Counted from the first letter of the stretch, positions 28,712-39,046 are shown. The stretch is DNA of 58,816 nucleotides from Bdellovibrionales bacterium (GCA_031370005.1 JANMPT010000112.1:1-58816); one strand, 5' to 3'. Translations and numbers: made by a program. The notes: generated by a model from the letters alone, not told the origin.

Positions 28712-29617
28712 ATGACAGACAGTTTCCAAAAAGGGCAATTGGAGTTAGGAATCCAAAGGTCCCAGGAAAAAGATCGAAATTATCATCTAGGTGGCCGTAG
28801 CTTCTATTTCTTCGACTTTGACGATAATATTGCCTTTCTTTCAACTCCACTGATTTTATTTCATAAAGACACAGGTGCAGAAGCTCAAGTTAGCAGTGGC
28901 GAGTATGCGAAAATTCACGCTTATATTGGCAAGACGGGTCCTTATAAAGACCATGAAATTCGCCTGGATGATGAAAATGGAACTTATCGCAACTTTCGTG
29001 ATCTCCATATTGGGGATATCGAAAAAGTGGAGAGTAAAAAGCAGATCTTCGTGCAGGACTTGGCGGAGGCCTTGGGTTTTCCTGATGTTCAGTGGAAAGG
29101 ACCTTCCTGGCAGTGCTTTTACCACGCAACTTTTAATCGTCGCCCCATTTCTGTGATCACGGCCCGAGGTCATCATCCTGAGACTTTGAAGGCGGGTATC
29201 CAGCTTTTTGTGGACAGGCAGTTTTTACCCCATGCGCCCAACTATCTGAGTTTGTTTCCTGTGAGCCATAAACCAACTCGTCATGCTTTAGGGGATACGG
29301 ATTTTACCATGAGTGCGGCAGAGCTTAAACAAAAAGCCATCAGAGCCAGCGTCAAAAAAGCGATTGAGCTTTATGGTCACAGCCCTCACCATCGGTTTGG
29401 GATGTCGGATGATGATCCAAAAAACATTCAGTTAATTGCTGAAGAAATGGCTCGTTTGAAGGATGATTATACTGAGATGTCGTTTTTTTTGATTTCCACC
29501 CACGATGGCAACTTTGTGAAGCACGAGATCAATAAACAAGGAGCCGAGTCTAAAGTCGGTGAAGCTTATATAGCTAATCAGCTCAATCTTTTTGATATAG
29601 ATAGACATAGGTCCTAA
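28712..29617 (+). CDS. HAD-like hypothetical protein
   Basis: FFDFDDNI, VITARGH, GMSDDD motifs. Confidence 0.7.
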   Translation: MTDSFQKGQLELGIQRSQEKDRNYHLGGRSFYFFDFDDNIAFLSTPLILFHKDTGAEAQVSSGEYAKIHAYIGKTGPYKDHEIRLDDENGTYRNFRDLHIGDIEKVESKKQIFVQDLAEALGFPDVQWKGPSWQCFYHATFNRRPISVITARGHHPETLKAGIQLFVDRQFLPHAPNYLSLFPVSHKPTRHALGDTDFTMSAAELKQKAIRASVKKAIELYGHSPHHRFGMSDDDPKNIQLIAEEMARLKDDYTEMSFFLISTHDGNFVKHEINKQGAESKVGEAYIANQLNLFDIDRHRS

Positions 29618-29728
29618 CGCAGAGCTGTTTTTTTTTCTTTGTTTAGCATACAATTTAAATGATCTCGCTTAGATATTTGATATCCTAGGAGGATCGAACT
29701 TTTCGACAGACCACTAGGAAGGATACAC

Positions 29729-31750
29729 ATGGGTTTACTCAAGGGAATTTCCCGACTCGTTTTAGCAGGATCATTTTTGTTTTTCACCACATTCGCCTAT
29801 GCACAAAGTAAAGATGATCTTGAGTGCCGATATCTGAGTGCGATTGAGGGGGGCTTTTTAGCAAACCACATTCACTACGCAAGTCGTGATGCGGTGTTAG
29901 CGAATCATACAATTGAGCAATACATCAAGCGCATTGATCCCTCTAAGATCTATCTGCTTTCGACGGATGTAGATCAAATTAAAGGCTGGATGTCGGGCCT
30001 TTTTGATAAGACTAAAAATAAAGACTGTACGTTCTTGGATAAAGCTCAAAAGTTATTAGTGCAGCGTGCGCAAGAGCGAGCAGACTTTGCTAAAAAGTTC
30101 TTGGGTAAAGATTATAAATTTGATCCAAAAACTGAATTCACTTTTGATCCAGATAAAAAACCATTCCCAAAAAATTCTGACGAAGCGAATGATTTTCTAA
30201 AGAAGTATATCCATTTTCAAATTGCGAACTATCAAGCAACAGACATGAAAATGGATGAAGCAAAGAAGAACGTGATTAAAAGTTATGATAGAGCCGTCAA
30301 ACGTCTACAAGAGACAAAGACAACGGATTTGTATTCTGACTACTTGGACAGCTTTGCGCGGGCTTTGGATCCACACTCAAGTTTTTTCTCTCGCGATAGC
30401 TTGGAGGATTTTGAAATTCAAATGCGTTTGTCTTTGGAGGGTATCGGGGCAACTCTTTCTTCCCAAGATGGTTTTACTGTAGTTGAGCAACTGGTTCCAG
30501 GCGGGGCGGCCGCAAAATCGGGTGTGATTAATCCACAGGACAAAATTATTGCGGTTGGCCAAGAAAAAGGTGCGATGGAAAATGTTATCGACATGGATCT
30601 AAAAGATGTCGTAAAGAAAATTCGCGGAGCAAAAGGCACTAAGGTTCGTTTGACAGTCCTACGAAAAAAGGGAGAGACCAAGCAGCGTTTAGAGATCAGT
30701 CTGACTCGGGAAAAAGTAAATTTAGAAGATGAAGCGGCTTCCATTGTTTATCAAGACAAAGAAGTAAATGGTAAAAAGAAAAAAATTGGCATTATTAATT
30801 TCCCCTCTTTTTATGCGGATTCTCGTCGCGGCGGACGTTCGTCAGCCGCAGATTTGAAAAAGATTATCAAAGAAGCTAACGATAAAAAAGTCGACGGCAT
30901 CGTTTTAGATTTGTCTACTAACGGTGGCGGTAGCTTAGAGGACGCTGTAAAAATTGCTGGCCTATTTTTCAAAACAGGCAATGTGGTGAAGCAATCTTCA
31001 AGAGACTCTAGTCGTGGCGAACAGACCTTAAGTGATACGGATCCAACTGTGGATTGGTCCGGGCCTTTGGTTCTTCTTACTAGCCGGATCAGCGCCTCGG
31101 CATCAGAGATCGTAGCGGGCACTCTTCAAGATTATAAACGTGCCGTGATTGTAGGTGGCGACCATACATTCGGTAAGGGCAGCGTTCAATCCGTACTGCC
31201 TATGCCAAATAATCTTGGCGCATTAAAGGTCACTGTGGGAATGTTCTTTGTTCCAGGGGGGAATTCCACTCAGCATCGTGGCGTTGAAGCGGATGTGGTT
31301 TTGCCAGGTCCCTACAGCACCGACGATATTGGTGAAAAATTTTTGGATTACTCATTGCCTCCACAAAAGATTGCAGCATTTTTATCTCCTGATGCCTATG
31401 TTAAAGAAGGCGTTGGTGCTTGGTCAGTGTTGAAGCCTGAGTGGCTAAAGACTTTGCGTGAGAAATCTATAGCGCGCGTTGAAAAGAACGAAGACTTCAA
31501 GAAAATTGAAGACGAACTTAAAAAAGCTAAGCTGCGCGGTAAGTTGATTAAAGTAAGCGAAGTTTTGAAAGATAAAACTGAAACTAAAACCAAAAAAGAA
31601 AAAGAAAAAGCCGCTCGTTATGGCAATAAGGATCAGAAAAATAAAGAGTACTTGAAACGCGCAGATATCCAGGAGGCCACTAGTGTCCTTTTGGATTTAA
31701 TGGGAGCTGAGGGAGCACAACCCACCGGCAAGCAAGCAAGCGCTAAGTAA
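29729..31750 (+). CDS. prc: Carboxy-terminal processing protease (S41, Prc/Tsp type)
   Basis: LDPHSS, LSLEGIGA, PDZ, SASASEIVAG, TFGKGSVQ. Confidence 0.95.
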   Translation: MGLLKGISRLVLAGSFLFFTTFAYAQSKDDLECRYLSAIEGGFLANHIHYASRDAVLANHTIEQYIKRIDPSKIYLLSTDVDQIKGWMSGLFDKTKNKDCTFLDKAQKLLVQRAQERADFAKKFLGKDYKFDPKTEFTFDPDKKPFPKNSDEANDFLKKYIHFQIANYQATDMKMDEAKKNVIKSYDRAVKRLQETKTTDLYSDYLDSFARALDPHSSFFSRDSLEDFEIQMRLSLEGIGATLSSQDGFTVVEQLVPGGAAAKSGVINPQDKIIAVGQEKGAMENVIDMDLKDVVKKIRGAKGTKVRLTVLRKKGETKQRLEISLTREKVNLEDEAASIVYQDKEVNGKKKKIGIINFPSFYADSRRGGRSSAADLKKIIKEANDKKVDGIVLDLSTNGGGSLEDAVKIAGLFFKTGNVVKQSSRDSSRGEQTLSDTDPTVDWSGPLVLLTSRISASASEIVAGTLQDYKRAVIVGGDHTFGKGSVQSVLPMPNNLGALKVTVGMFFVPGGNSTQHRGVEADVVLPGPYSTDDIGEKFLDYSLPPQKIAAFLSPDAYVKEGVGAWSVLKPEWLKTLREKSIARVEKNEDFKKIEDELKKAKLRGKLIKVSEVLKDKTETKTKKEKEKAARYGNKDQKNKEYLKRADIQEATSVLLDLMGAEGAQPTGKQASAK

Positions 31751-31774
31751 TCTGTAAAAAAGTTGAAAAAGCAT

Positions 31775-31803
31775 AAAAAGCCCTGGTCACCCAGGGCTTT
31801 TTT
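31775..31803 (+). terminator. Rho-independent terminator
   Basis: aaaaagccctgg-tcac-ccagggctttttt. Confidence 0.85.
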
Positions 31804-31896
31804 ACGTTTAGATTATAAGGCGCGTTAACATTGCTTTATACGCGACAAAAAGACCTGTTATCGCTTAGATAGTCCTACTTTTGGAGGCTCACAAAA

Positions 31897-32913
31897 ATGT
31901 CGAAAAAATCTAAGGCCGACTTCGGTGGCTTGTCTGATGAGCTCTTGCTCAGGCTCCATGACCTCATGGTGAAAGCGCGCGTTTTGGAAGAGCGCCTCAT
32001 TAAAATTTATAAATCTGGTGAAGGTTACTTCTGGATTGGCGGACCAGGAGAGGAAGCCTTTGGCGTTCCCTTGGGGTTGCTTGCACGAAAGGGTGAAGGT
32101 TTAGAGTATGATTGGTTTCATTTGCACTATCGCTGTACTCCAACAATGGTAGCTCTTGGTATGCCAATGATTGATGCGGCTCGCCTGATGATGAACCGCT
32201 CAACCGATCCTTCAACTGGTGGCAGAAACTTTGCGGGTCATTATTGTTTTCCTAAGTGGAATGTCGCTCCAGTAACGTCTCCAATTGAAGTGCAATATCC
32301 TCTGGCCTGCGGCACTGCCCATGCGCAAAAACGTGCGGGTCATAAGTCACTCAGTATAGTGACAGGTGGTGACGCTGGGACTGCAGAAAGTGATTTCGCA
32401 ACTAGCCTAGTTTGGGCCTCTCGCAAAGGTCAGGAGCTGCCAGTTTTGATCACAGTTCAAAATAATGGTTACGGTATTTCGACTCCGTATGAGGGGCAGC
32501 ATGGTGAAACGCAAATCGCGGATCGAGCCAAAGCCTTTAATATTCGCGCAAGAGTGATTGATGGATCTAATCCAGTAGAAGCTTACATCGCATTGAAAGA
32601 AGAAATGGAATATATCCGTAAAACGGGAAAGCCGTCCTTCCTTGAAGTGAAGGTAGCTCGTTTGTATGGTCACTCCTCAGCAGATGGAGCAAACCGTAAG
32701 GTCGATATAGATGATCCAGTTTTTTCTTTTGAAAAAAAATTGGTTACCGCAGGGCTTTTAACAAAAGCCGCCGCCATGAAAATCTGGGAGACGTACGAGG
32801 AAGAGGGAGTGGCAGCTCAGACTCAGGCCCGTACCGAGCCAAGTCCAACGTCAGAATCAGTTTGGGAAAATGTTTATGTAAATAGCGAAAATGCTGATTG
32901 GAGAAAGTTCTAA
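31897..32913 (+). CDS. 2-oxoacid dehydrogenase E1 alpha subunit
   Basis: TPP motif GDAG...QNN, GHSS. Confidence 0.92.
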   Translation: MSKKSKADFGGLSDELLLRLHDLMVKARVLEERLIKIYKSGEGYFWIGGPGEEAFGVPLGLLARKGEGLEYDWFHLHYRCTPTMVALGMPMIDAARLMMNRSTDPSTGGRNFAGHYCFPKWNVAPVTSPIEVQYPLACGTAHAQKRAGHKSLSIVTGGDAGTAESDFATSLVWASRKGQELPVLITVQNNGYGISTPYEGQHGETQIADRAKAFNIRARVIDGSNPVEAYIALKEEMEYIRKTGKPSFLEVKVARLYGHSSADGANRKVDIDDPVFSFEKKLVTAGLLTKAAAMKIWETYEEEGVAAQTQARTEPSPTSESVWENVYVNSENADWRKF

Positions 32914-33968
32914 TGGCTAGTATTGCTCAGGCCATCAGAATGGCGCTTCACTATGGTGAAAAACATTTAGAAGTAAAAGATATTTTTGGACAAGACGTAG
33001 GCGCACCACTTGGTGGAGTTTTCACGGCCACTCAGGGTTTGAAAACGGCGTGGAACACACCTCTTGATGAACGTGGAATTATTGGTGTTGCGATGGGTAT
33101 TGCAATGACTGGTGATCGTTGTGTCGCCGAGATTCAGTTTGTTGATTATATTTTTAATACCATTGATTTACTTAAAATTGCTGGCAACACCTTGTGGTGT
33201 ACCAACGGTCAAGTGAAGTTGCCAATGGTGGTGATGACTCCTGTAGGGGCAGGAATCTTCGGTTCTGTTTATCACTCGCACTCTTTTGATGCTTGGGCCT
33301 CGCGCTTGCCAGGTTGGAAGATTGTAATGCCGTCAAACTCTTTGGATGCCTATGGTTTGATGCTGTCAGCAATTCAAGATCCAAACCCTGTTTTGTATTT
33401 GAAATCAAAAGCCTTGATGCGCCATAAGAGTGGGGAGCTAATTCCTGGGGAACCTGGGGACGAAAAGGTTCTTAAAGCGATGATCGATAAACCAGTACAA
33501 AACCCAGCGGGCTGGAAACCAAAATGGCCAGAGCTTGAAGAGTATGTGGTGCCAATTGGTGTGGGCAATATCACTCACCCTGGCGAACATATTACGGTCG
33601 TAACTTACAGCCGTATGGTTCATATCTGTAATGAGATTGCAGAGAATTTGAAGCGCGAAAATATTTCTATCGAAGTTATCGATTTGCGCTCTATTTATCC
33701 TTATGACTGGCAGATGATAAAGACTTCCATTGAAAAAACGGGTCGTGTTCTTTTCGTGAACGAAGATACTGAGGTTACAAACTTTGGAGAGCATTTGGCG
33801 TATCGAGCGACTCAAGAATGTTTTTATCGCTTGATGGCACGCCCGCGTGTTTTGGCTGGAAAAAATCTTCCAGGCATCGGCCTTGCTCCAAATCTTGAAA
33901 AAAACTCTATCCCACAAATGGCAGACATTGAAGCCGCCATTCGTGAAGTTGTGGCGGAGGTCCCGTGA
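32913..33968 (+). CDS. 2-oxoacid dehydrogenase E1 beta subunit
   Basis: FGQDVG..GGVF, NTPLDE, AEIQF, YHS, EVIDLRS; TAATG coupling with the alpha gene. Confidence 0.92.
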   Translation: MASIAQAIRMALHYGEKHLEVKDIFGQDVGAPLGGVFTATQGLKTAWNTPLDERGIIGVAMGIAMTGDRCVAEIQFVDYIFNTIDLLKIAGNTLWCTNGQVKLPMVVMTPVGAGIFGSVYHSHSFDAWASRLPGWKIVMPSNSLDAYGLMLSAIQDPNPVLYLKSKALMRHKSGELIPGEPGDEKVLKAMIDKPVQNPAGWKPKWPELEEYVVPIGVGNITHPGEHITVVTYSRMVHICNEIAENLKRENISIEVIDLRSIYPYDWQMIKTSIEKTGRVLFVNEDTEVTNFGEHLAYRATQECFYRLMARPRVLAGKNLPGIGLAPNLEKNSIPQMADIEAAIREVVAEVP

Positions 33969-34810
33969 TGAAAGGAAAAAGCGCCACCAACAGAAAAAAA
34001 GTCCGACGTCGCGTAAACAAAAAAAGTGCTCGAATGGTTTTTGATAAATATGATCTTTATCGTCGGGCAGTTCAGTCAGCAGAATCTGATGTGGAGTTTA
34101 TTCGCGACACTTATGGCGAGCTTAAAGGTAGAAACGCACGAGTTTTCCGCGAAGACTTTTGCGGTACATTTGCTTTGTCAACCGAGTGGATTAAGTTAAG
34201 TCCACAGAATAAATCAATTGGCGTGGATCTGGATCCAGAGCCCATGGCCTATGGGAAGGCTAACTATCTGTCGAAGCTTCGCCCTGAACAGCAAAAACGC
34301 ATGCAGCTTTTAGAGGGAAATGTTCTTCACCCGGATCTGCCAAGAGCAGATATTGTAGCTGCAATGAACTTTTCATATTTTTGCTTCAAAACTCACAAAG
34401 AGATGAAGCTCTATTTTTCAAGTGTTTATAAAAGCCTTAGTAAAGACGGTATTTTTTTGGTGGATTGTTTTGGTGGCACACAATGCCAAGGGCCGATTGA
34501 AGATATGATGAATCTAGAGGGTTTTAAATATTATTGGGACCAGAGCAGTTTTGACCCTGTTTCCAATGAGGCGCTTTTCTATATTCACTTTCGAGTAGGT
34601 GGCAAAAAAATCGAAAAAGTTTTCACCTATGACTGGCGAATGTGGTCTATTCCTGAGTTGCGTGAGATTATGAGTGAAGTGGGTTTCAAAAAGACTCATG
34701 TTTATTGGGAAGGCACCGCAAAGGATGGGTCTGGAAATGGAATTTTCACCCGCACTGAGCAGGGCGAATCCTGTGATAGTTGGATTGCCTATATTGGCGC
34801 TGAGAAATAA
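33965..34810 (+). CDS. Class I SAM-dependent methyltransferase
   Basis: REDFCGT, GVDLD, AMNFS, FTYDWRMWSIPE. Confidence 0.85.
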   Translation: MMKGKSATNRKKVRRRVNKKSARMVFDKYDLYRRAVQSAESDVEFIRDTYGELKGRNARVFREDFCGTFALSTEWIKLSPQNKSIGVDLDPEPMAYGKANYLSKLRPEQQKRMQLLEGNVLHPDLPRADIVAAMNFSYFCFKTHKEMKLYFSSVYKSLSKDGIFLVDCFGGTQCQGPIEDMMNLEGFKYYWDQSSFDPVSNEALFYIHFRVGGKKIEKVFTYDWRMWSIPELREIMSEVGFKKTHVYWEGTAKDGSGNGIFTRTEQGESCDSWIAYIGAEK

Positions 34811-34817
34811 ATAATTA

Positions 34818-35753
34818 TTATTGAGTGCCTTTAACACCATCAAAGATACTTCGGCCGCCACTATTGCCGTCATTCTTGTTGGGTTTTGCCCCATCAGAAC
34901 TATCTTTTCTGAAAGTTGGAGAGCTAACTGAGCAGAAACTAGAACTTTCTAATTTGCACTCTTTAGCCACAGTTTCACAGAACTTACGATTGTCAGTTCT
35001 GCGGCCATTTTTTGAATTTTTGAGATTGAAGATGGTATTGCTATTTTGCATGAGCTTCATTTGATTAAAGCAGTCCTTAAGACCCTCGCCGTATTCATTG
35101 GAGGCATACATCCCACGGGAGCTAGTGAAGTCTTCAGGCGATATTGCTGAGGTGTTTTCAACGTGCTCAGTGAAGAGGCGCTGCCGTTCGCTTGGCTCTA
35201 AGCTAGACCAGTTATCGTGCTTAAACAGATCTTGAATATATGACTCTTCTTGAAAGCCGAAGTACTTAACAACTGCCTTCATTTGCTTTGTACTAAGAGC
35301 ACTTTGAGTGTTCCCATTTTTTTGCTCTCTGCTTTTTAAGCCAGCCACTGCATACATTAAGTAAGGGGCTGCCTTATTGGTTTTATCGCGAATAATATCG
35401 CCGTAACCAACCTGGCTAGTTGGTATACCGCCACCATCTAATTTATTGGCCATACAAAATCCATCAGCTTGAAGTATTTGGATCACGCGTTCCAAGTATA
35501 GCTCTCTTCCAGAGCCCCCGCCTGCGGAGTTAACGGCTTTATAGTTTCTTTGCACTGCAAAACCTAGGAGCGTGATATATTTTTCTGATGGACGTAATCC
35601 TTCGGAGTGGTTTGGGCCTTCAGTTGCGATTTCAACGCCATCTGCGACGCATTTTAATTCTGCATTTTCTAAAAAAAGCCTATCTGTAGCTTGAGAGAAC
35701 ATTGGGCTCACGAGAAGCCCAATCAGAACTATTAATTTTGTGAAACGAAGCAT
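34818..35753 (-). CDS. Secreted hypothetical protein
   Basis: Signal peptide, six Cys, low-complexity tail ending GTQ. Confidence 0.8.
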   Translation of the reverse strand: MLRFTKLIVLIGLLVSPMFSQATDRLFLENAELKCVADGVEIATEGPNHSEGLRPSEKYITLLGFAVQRNYKAVNSAGGGSGRELYLERVIQILQADGFCMANKLDGGGIPTSQVGYGDIIRDKTNKAAPYLMYAVAGLKSREQKNGNTQSALSTKQMKAVVKYFGFQEESYIQDLFKHDNWSSLEPSERQRLFTEHVENTSAISPEDFTSSRGMYASNEYGEGLKDCFNQMKLMQNSNTIFNLKNSKNGRRTDNRKFCETVAKECKLESSSFCSVSSPTFRKDSSDGAKPNKNDGNSGGRSIFDGVKGTQ

Positions 35754-35841
35754 GGCGTCTCCTTAATAAAAAACCTTCTATAAAAAATATTATGCTTTAT
35801 TTTTGGCAGATCTCACAAGGCCGGGTTTACGAAGGCCCTAG

Positions 35842-36369
35842 TTAAACGTCTAGGTGGGCTTTTAACTCATCCATATTGAAAAGAGCCTGAAGTTTAAGGC
35901 CTATTTCTTTGAGTTTCTCTTCGCCGCCGCCGCGATGAATGACACAGAGGACGTCAGTAACTTGAGCGCCTATGGAGCGCAGATCCATAGCGCTGAGGAT
36001 GACTTGGCCACCGGTGGTGATCACATCTTCAATCACGCAAAGCTTAAGGTCTTTAATTTCGAGTCCCTCAGCTAATTTACACGTGCCATACTTTTTAGCC
36101 TCTTTGCGAACAAAGACACAGGGTAGACCTGTGAGCAGAGATAAGGCTGTTGCTATGGGAATGCCTCCCATTTCAAGAGCCGCAAGGGCCTGGGTCTCAG
36201 GGGGAATTAGGCTGCGCATATGTAAGGCGATTTCGCTCAGTAAATCTGGGCGAGCCTCGAAACGATATTTATCAAAATATTCCTGGGATACCAGTCCCGA
36301 TCGCAATTTAAACTCACCAGTGAGATGGGCGGTTTCAAAGATTTTTTGTGCAAGTTCTTTTTTGTGCAT
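35842..36369 (-). CDS. pyrE: Orotate phosphoribosyltransferase
   Basis: GEFKLRSG, YFDKY, VRKEAKKYGT, IEDVITTGG. Start at the ATG at 36369, coupled to the cutA stop. Confidence 0.93.
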   Translation of the reverse strand: MHKKELAQKIFETAHLTGEFKLRSGLVSQEYFDKYRFEARPDLLSEIALHMRSLIPPETQALAALEMGGIPIATALSLLTGLPCVFVRKEAKKYGTCKLAEGLEIKDLKLCVIEDVITTGGQVILSAMDLRSIGAQVTDVLCVIHRGGGEEKLKEIGLKLQALFNMDELKAHLDV

Positions 36370-36689
36370 CAAAAGAGGCTCCCTTTGAGCCATCTTACAT
36401 AGGCAAGGCTGCCATTTTCAATGAGAAGAGATAGAATACAAGGTGTGTTATTGGGATGCAGGGATTCGACGCGGGCAATAATGCGTGAAGATTGAACAGT
36501 GGTAGATTTAAGAATCAAAACTGCCTCTTTGGCAGAAGTGATTTCTCCATTCCACCAGTAAATTGACTCCATCCCAGGAAGAATATTTGCGCAGGCGATG
36601 AGGCCCTCCTGCAAAAGAGTTCGAGATATTTCTTGAGCCGTTTCTGTATTTGGGCAGGTGACGTATAGCAAACGAATATCGCAGTCCAA
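36369..36689 (-). CDS. cutA: Divalent-cation tolerance protein CutA
   Basis: YVTCP, LIACANI, SIYWWNG, HPNNTPCI. Likely TTG start at 36689. Confidence 0.9.
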   Translation of the reverse strand: MDCDIRLLYVTCPNTETAQEISRTLLQEGLIACANILPGMESIYWWNGEITSAKEAVLILKSTTVQSSRIIARVESLHPNNTPCILSLLIENGSLAYVRWLKGSLF

Positions 36690-36708
36690 GAGCTTTCCTC
36701 TGTTGAAA

Positions 36709-37746
36709 TTAACTTTTGCGCAGTAATTTTTTGCGTATTTGCCATTGGTCAAGAGCATATTTTCTCATGTCTTCGATATTATCGAATTCATCTACAATCT
36801 CAACGCCAAGAAGAGTTTCCACAGCATCTTCCAAAGTAACAAGTCCGGCGATGACACCATATTCATCTACGGCAATCGCCAAGTGTTCTTTTTCTTTGAT
36901 AAAAAAGTCTAGAGCTTGAGCAACGGTGAGGCGTTCAGAAACTGAAGCAATTGGAGTTACAAGATCCGAGACTTTTCTATTGTGCTGGTCATCTGAAGAG
37001 GCCTCGAGGATTTTATAGCGATGGGTAATGCCGATAATATTATCAAGGCTATCGCGGTACACAGGTATGCGCGAAAAACGAAGTGGAACATATTTGTTCA
37101 CAACCTCATCAACGGTGATGTCAGCCTCTAAAGCAAAGAATACTGAGCGCGGGGTCATGATATCAGAAACAAATATTTTGTCTAACATCAGAAGATTTTT
37201 GATCACATTGGATTCTTTTATTTTGAGGGTTCCCTCATTGGCACCAAGCTCAGCTGTCATAATCATTTCTTCGCGAGTGACTTGTTGTGTGTCTGGTTTC
37301 GCTACAAGTTTTCCGACGAATTGAGAAAAGCTTACCAAAGGATAGAGAACAAAGATCAGCGTTTGAATCATATAGGCTGCCATAGGAGCAATCAGCTTCC
37401 AATGAGCAGCGCCTATACTTTTCGGCAAAACCTCGGAAATGATTAAAATGCCAAAGGTAAGAATGAAAGAAGACAAAGTGACCAAGTCCTCTCCGTAGAG
37501 CAGCTGGACTTTGAAGGCGATGGCAGAGGACCCCAGAGTGTGTGAAATAGTGTTGAGGGTTAATATGGCCGAAAGCGGTCGATCGAGATTTTCCTTCAAG
37601 TGCTGCAAGAGTAAGCCACTGCGTTTTTTATTCTGTACTGCCACAGCAACATAGGCAGGGGAGACGGAAAGAATCACGGCCTCCAATAAAGAACAGATGA
37701 ATGAAATTGAAATAGTGAGGCAAAATAAAAAAATAATAACGGCCAT
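36709..37746 (-). CDS. CNNM/DUF21-CBS hemolysin-family protein
   Basis: SFICSLLEAVILS, SEVLPK, IMTPR, FSRIPVY, VDEYG. Start moved to 37746. Confidence 0.92.
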   Translation of the reverse strand: MAVIIFLFCLTISISFICSLLEAVILSVSPAYVAVAVQNKKRSGLLLQHLKENLDRPLSAILTLNTISHTLGSSAIAFKVQLLYGEDLVTLSSFILTFGILIISEVLPKSIGAAHWKLIAPMAAYMIQTLIFVLYPLVSFSQFVGKLVAKPDTQQVTREEMIMTAELGANEGTLKIKESNVIKNLLMLDKIFVSDIMTPRSVFFALEADITVDEVVNKYVPLRFSRIPVYRDSLDNIIGITHRYKILEASSDDQHNRKVSDLVTPIASVSERLTVAQALDFFIKEKEHLAIAVDEYGVIAGLVTLEDAVETLLGVEIVDEFDNIEDMRKYALDQWQIRKKLLRKS

Positions 37747-37831
37747 AGATGTGTTTTGTATGATAGCACGGTTCAGCAAAAACTTGTCTATATCATCCTT
37801 AACTCTTGACGCGGAACTTAGGTCCAGAGCT

Positions 37832-37847
37832 TGGCACTTCCTATGCA
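37832..37847 (+). promoter_or_regulatory. Putative sigma54 (-24/-12) promoter
   Basis: TGGCAC-ttcct-ATGCA (GG-N10-GC) about 40 bp upstream of the 37889 gene. Confidence 0.6.
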
Positions 37848-37888
37848 ACATTGCGGCCTGATGAGCATTAACTCTAGGAGAATCGATT

Positions 37889-38353
37889 ATGGAACGTTTA
37901 ATTAGCTCAATTTTGGCCTTAGGACTTATTTTCGGCACTTTTTCTGCTCTAGCGGCCCCTAAGGGCAGTCCTTATGACTACGCGTTACAGACCAAATATT
38001 TATGCTATGCAAACGGCGTAGTGGTTCAAAATAAGCAAAAAATTGTAAGCAATGGTCGGGCTCTTGGTGAAGTCAGCTTCGTGGCCCATGCCGGAAGAAA
38101 CCAAACACTGACTTTTAGAAGGGGTACTGGAGAGTACATAATCTGGCCCCGGGTCGCACATAAAGGTTTCGGGAAGTCTTTGAATATCTTATCTCGTAAG
38201 GAATCTGGCGACTTCATGATCGTCCAGGAGATCGATATGGGAGATAGTCAGCGGACCAAAACGAGTATTAATCTTTCGATTAAAGACGAGCAAGAGGAAG
38301 CACGTCAGATTTCCTGCCGTATAGAGTTAGAGTGGCTTAAAAAAGTAAAATAA
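37889..38353 (+). CDS. Secreted hypothetical protein
   Basis: AGGAG RBS, signal peptide ending ALA, Cys pair. Confidence 0.78.
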   Translation: MERLISSILALGLIFGTFSALAAPKGSPYDYALQTKYLCYANGVVVQNKQKIVSNGRALGEVSFVAHAGRNQTLTFRRGTGEYIIWPRVAHKGFGKSLNILSRKESGDFMIVQEIDMGDSQRTKTSINLSIKDEQEEARQISCRIELEWLKKVK

Positions 38354-38395
38354 TAAGGGATGGTAATGAAGCCAGCCCTTATTACTTCTTAGTTG

Positions 38396-39046
38396 TTATT
38401 TTTGTGCTTGCTTAGGAACTTTGCTCTCATCAACCGTAATTTCAATTTCAACTCGGCGATTTTTTGAAAGAGCTTCTTTAGTTTTTCCTTGGTCCACTGG
38501 GTTTTTGGAGCCCATGCCTACAAAGCTCACAGTGCCTTCAGGTATGCCGCTGGCAACTAAAGTATCACGAACAGATTTTGCTCTTTTTTCTGATAAAGGT
38601 TTGTTTACTTTATCGGAGCCCGTGCTGTCAGTATAACCTTTGATCGTCAAAATATTTTCAGGATACTTTTTCATGACGGCAGCTAATTCGGTGATGTTGG
38701 TTTTCGCAGTGGATTTTAACTCGGCTTTTCCTGAATCGAAAAGAATGTCGCTTTTAAGCTTTGTTACGAGTCCTTGCTCTGTGCGCTTTGTCTCTGCGAC
38801 TTTTTCAAGTTCTTTTTGCTGCTTGTCCAGGCGATGCCCGATAGCTCCTCCGAGCCCTGCGCCAAGAGCTGCGCCGATCAAGGCTCCCTCGTTGCGTTTG
38901 CCAGTTTGATGGCCAATCACAGCGCCGGCAACAGCGCCAAGAGCGGCGCCAATTCCAGCATTTTTACTTGCATTTTTATTATCGCCGCTAGCGCATGCGG
39001 AAAGCATTGCTGCGGCAGTTAAGAAAAGAATGATTTGTTTTAACAT
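38396..39046 (-). CDS. OmpA family lipoprotein with glycine zipper
   Basis: Lipobox LSAC, Gly zipper, GYTDSTG, LSEKRA, NRRVEI. Confidence 0.95.
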   Translation of the reverse strand: MLKQIILFLTAAAMLSACASGDNKNASKNAGIGAALGAVAGAVIGHQTGKRNEGALIGAALGAGLGGAIGHRLDKQQKELEKVAETKRTEQGLVTKLKSDILFDSGKAELKSTAKTNITELAAVMKKYPENILTIKGYTDSTGSDKVNKPLSEKRAKSVRDTLVASGIPEGTVSFVGMGSKNPVDQGKTKEALSKNRRVEIEITVDESKVPKQAQK

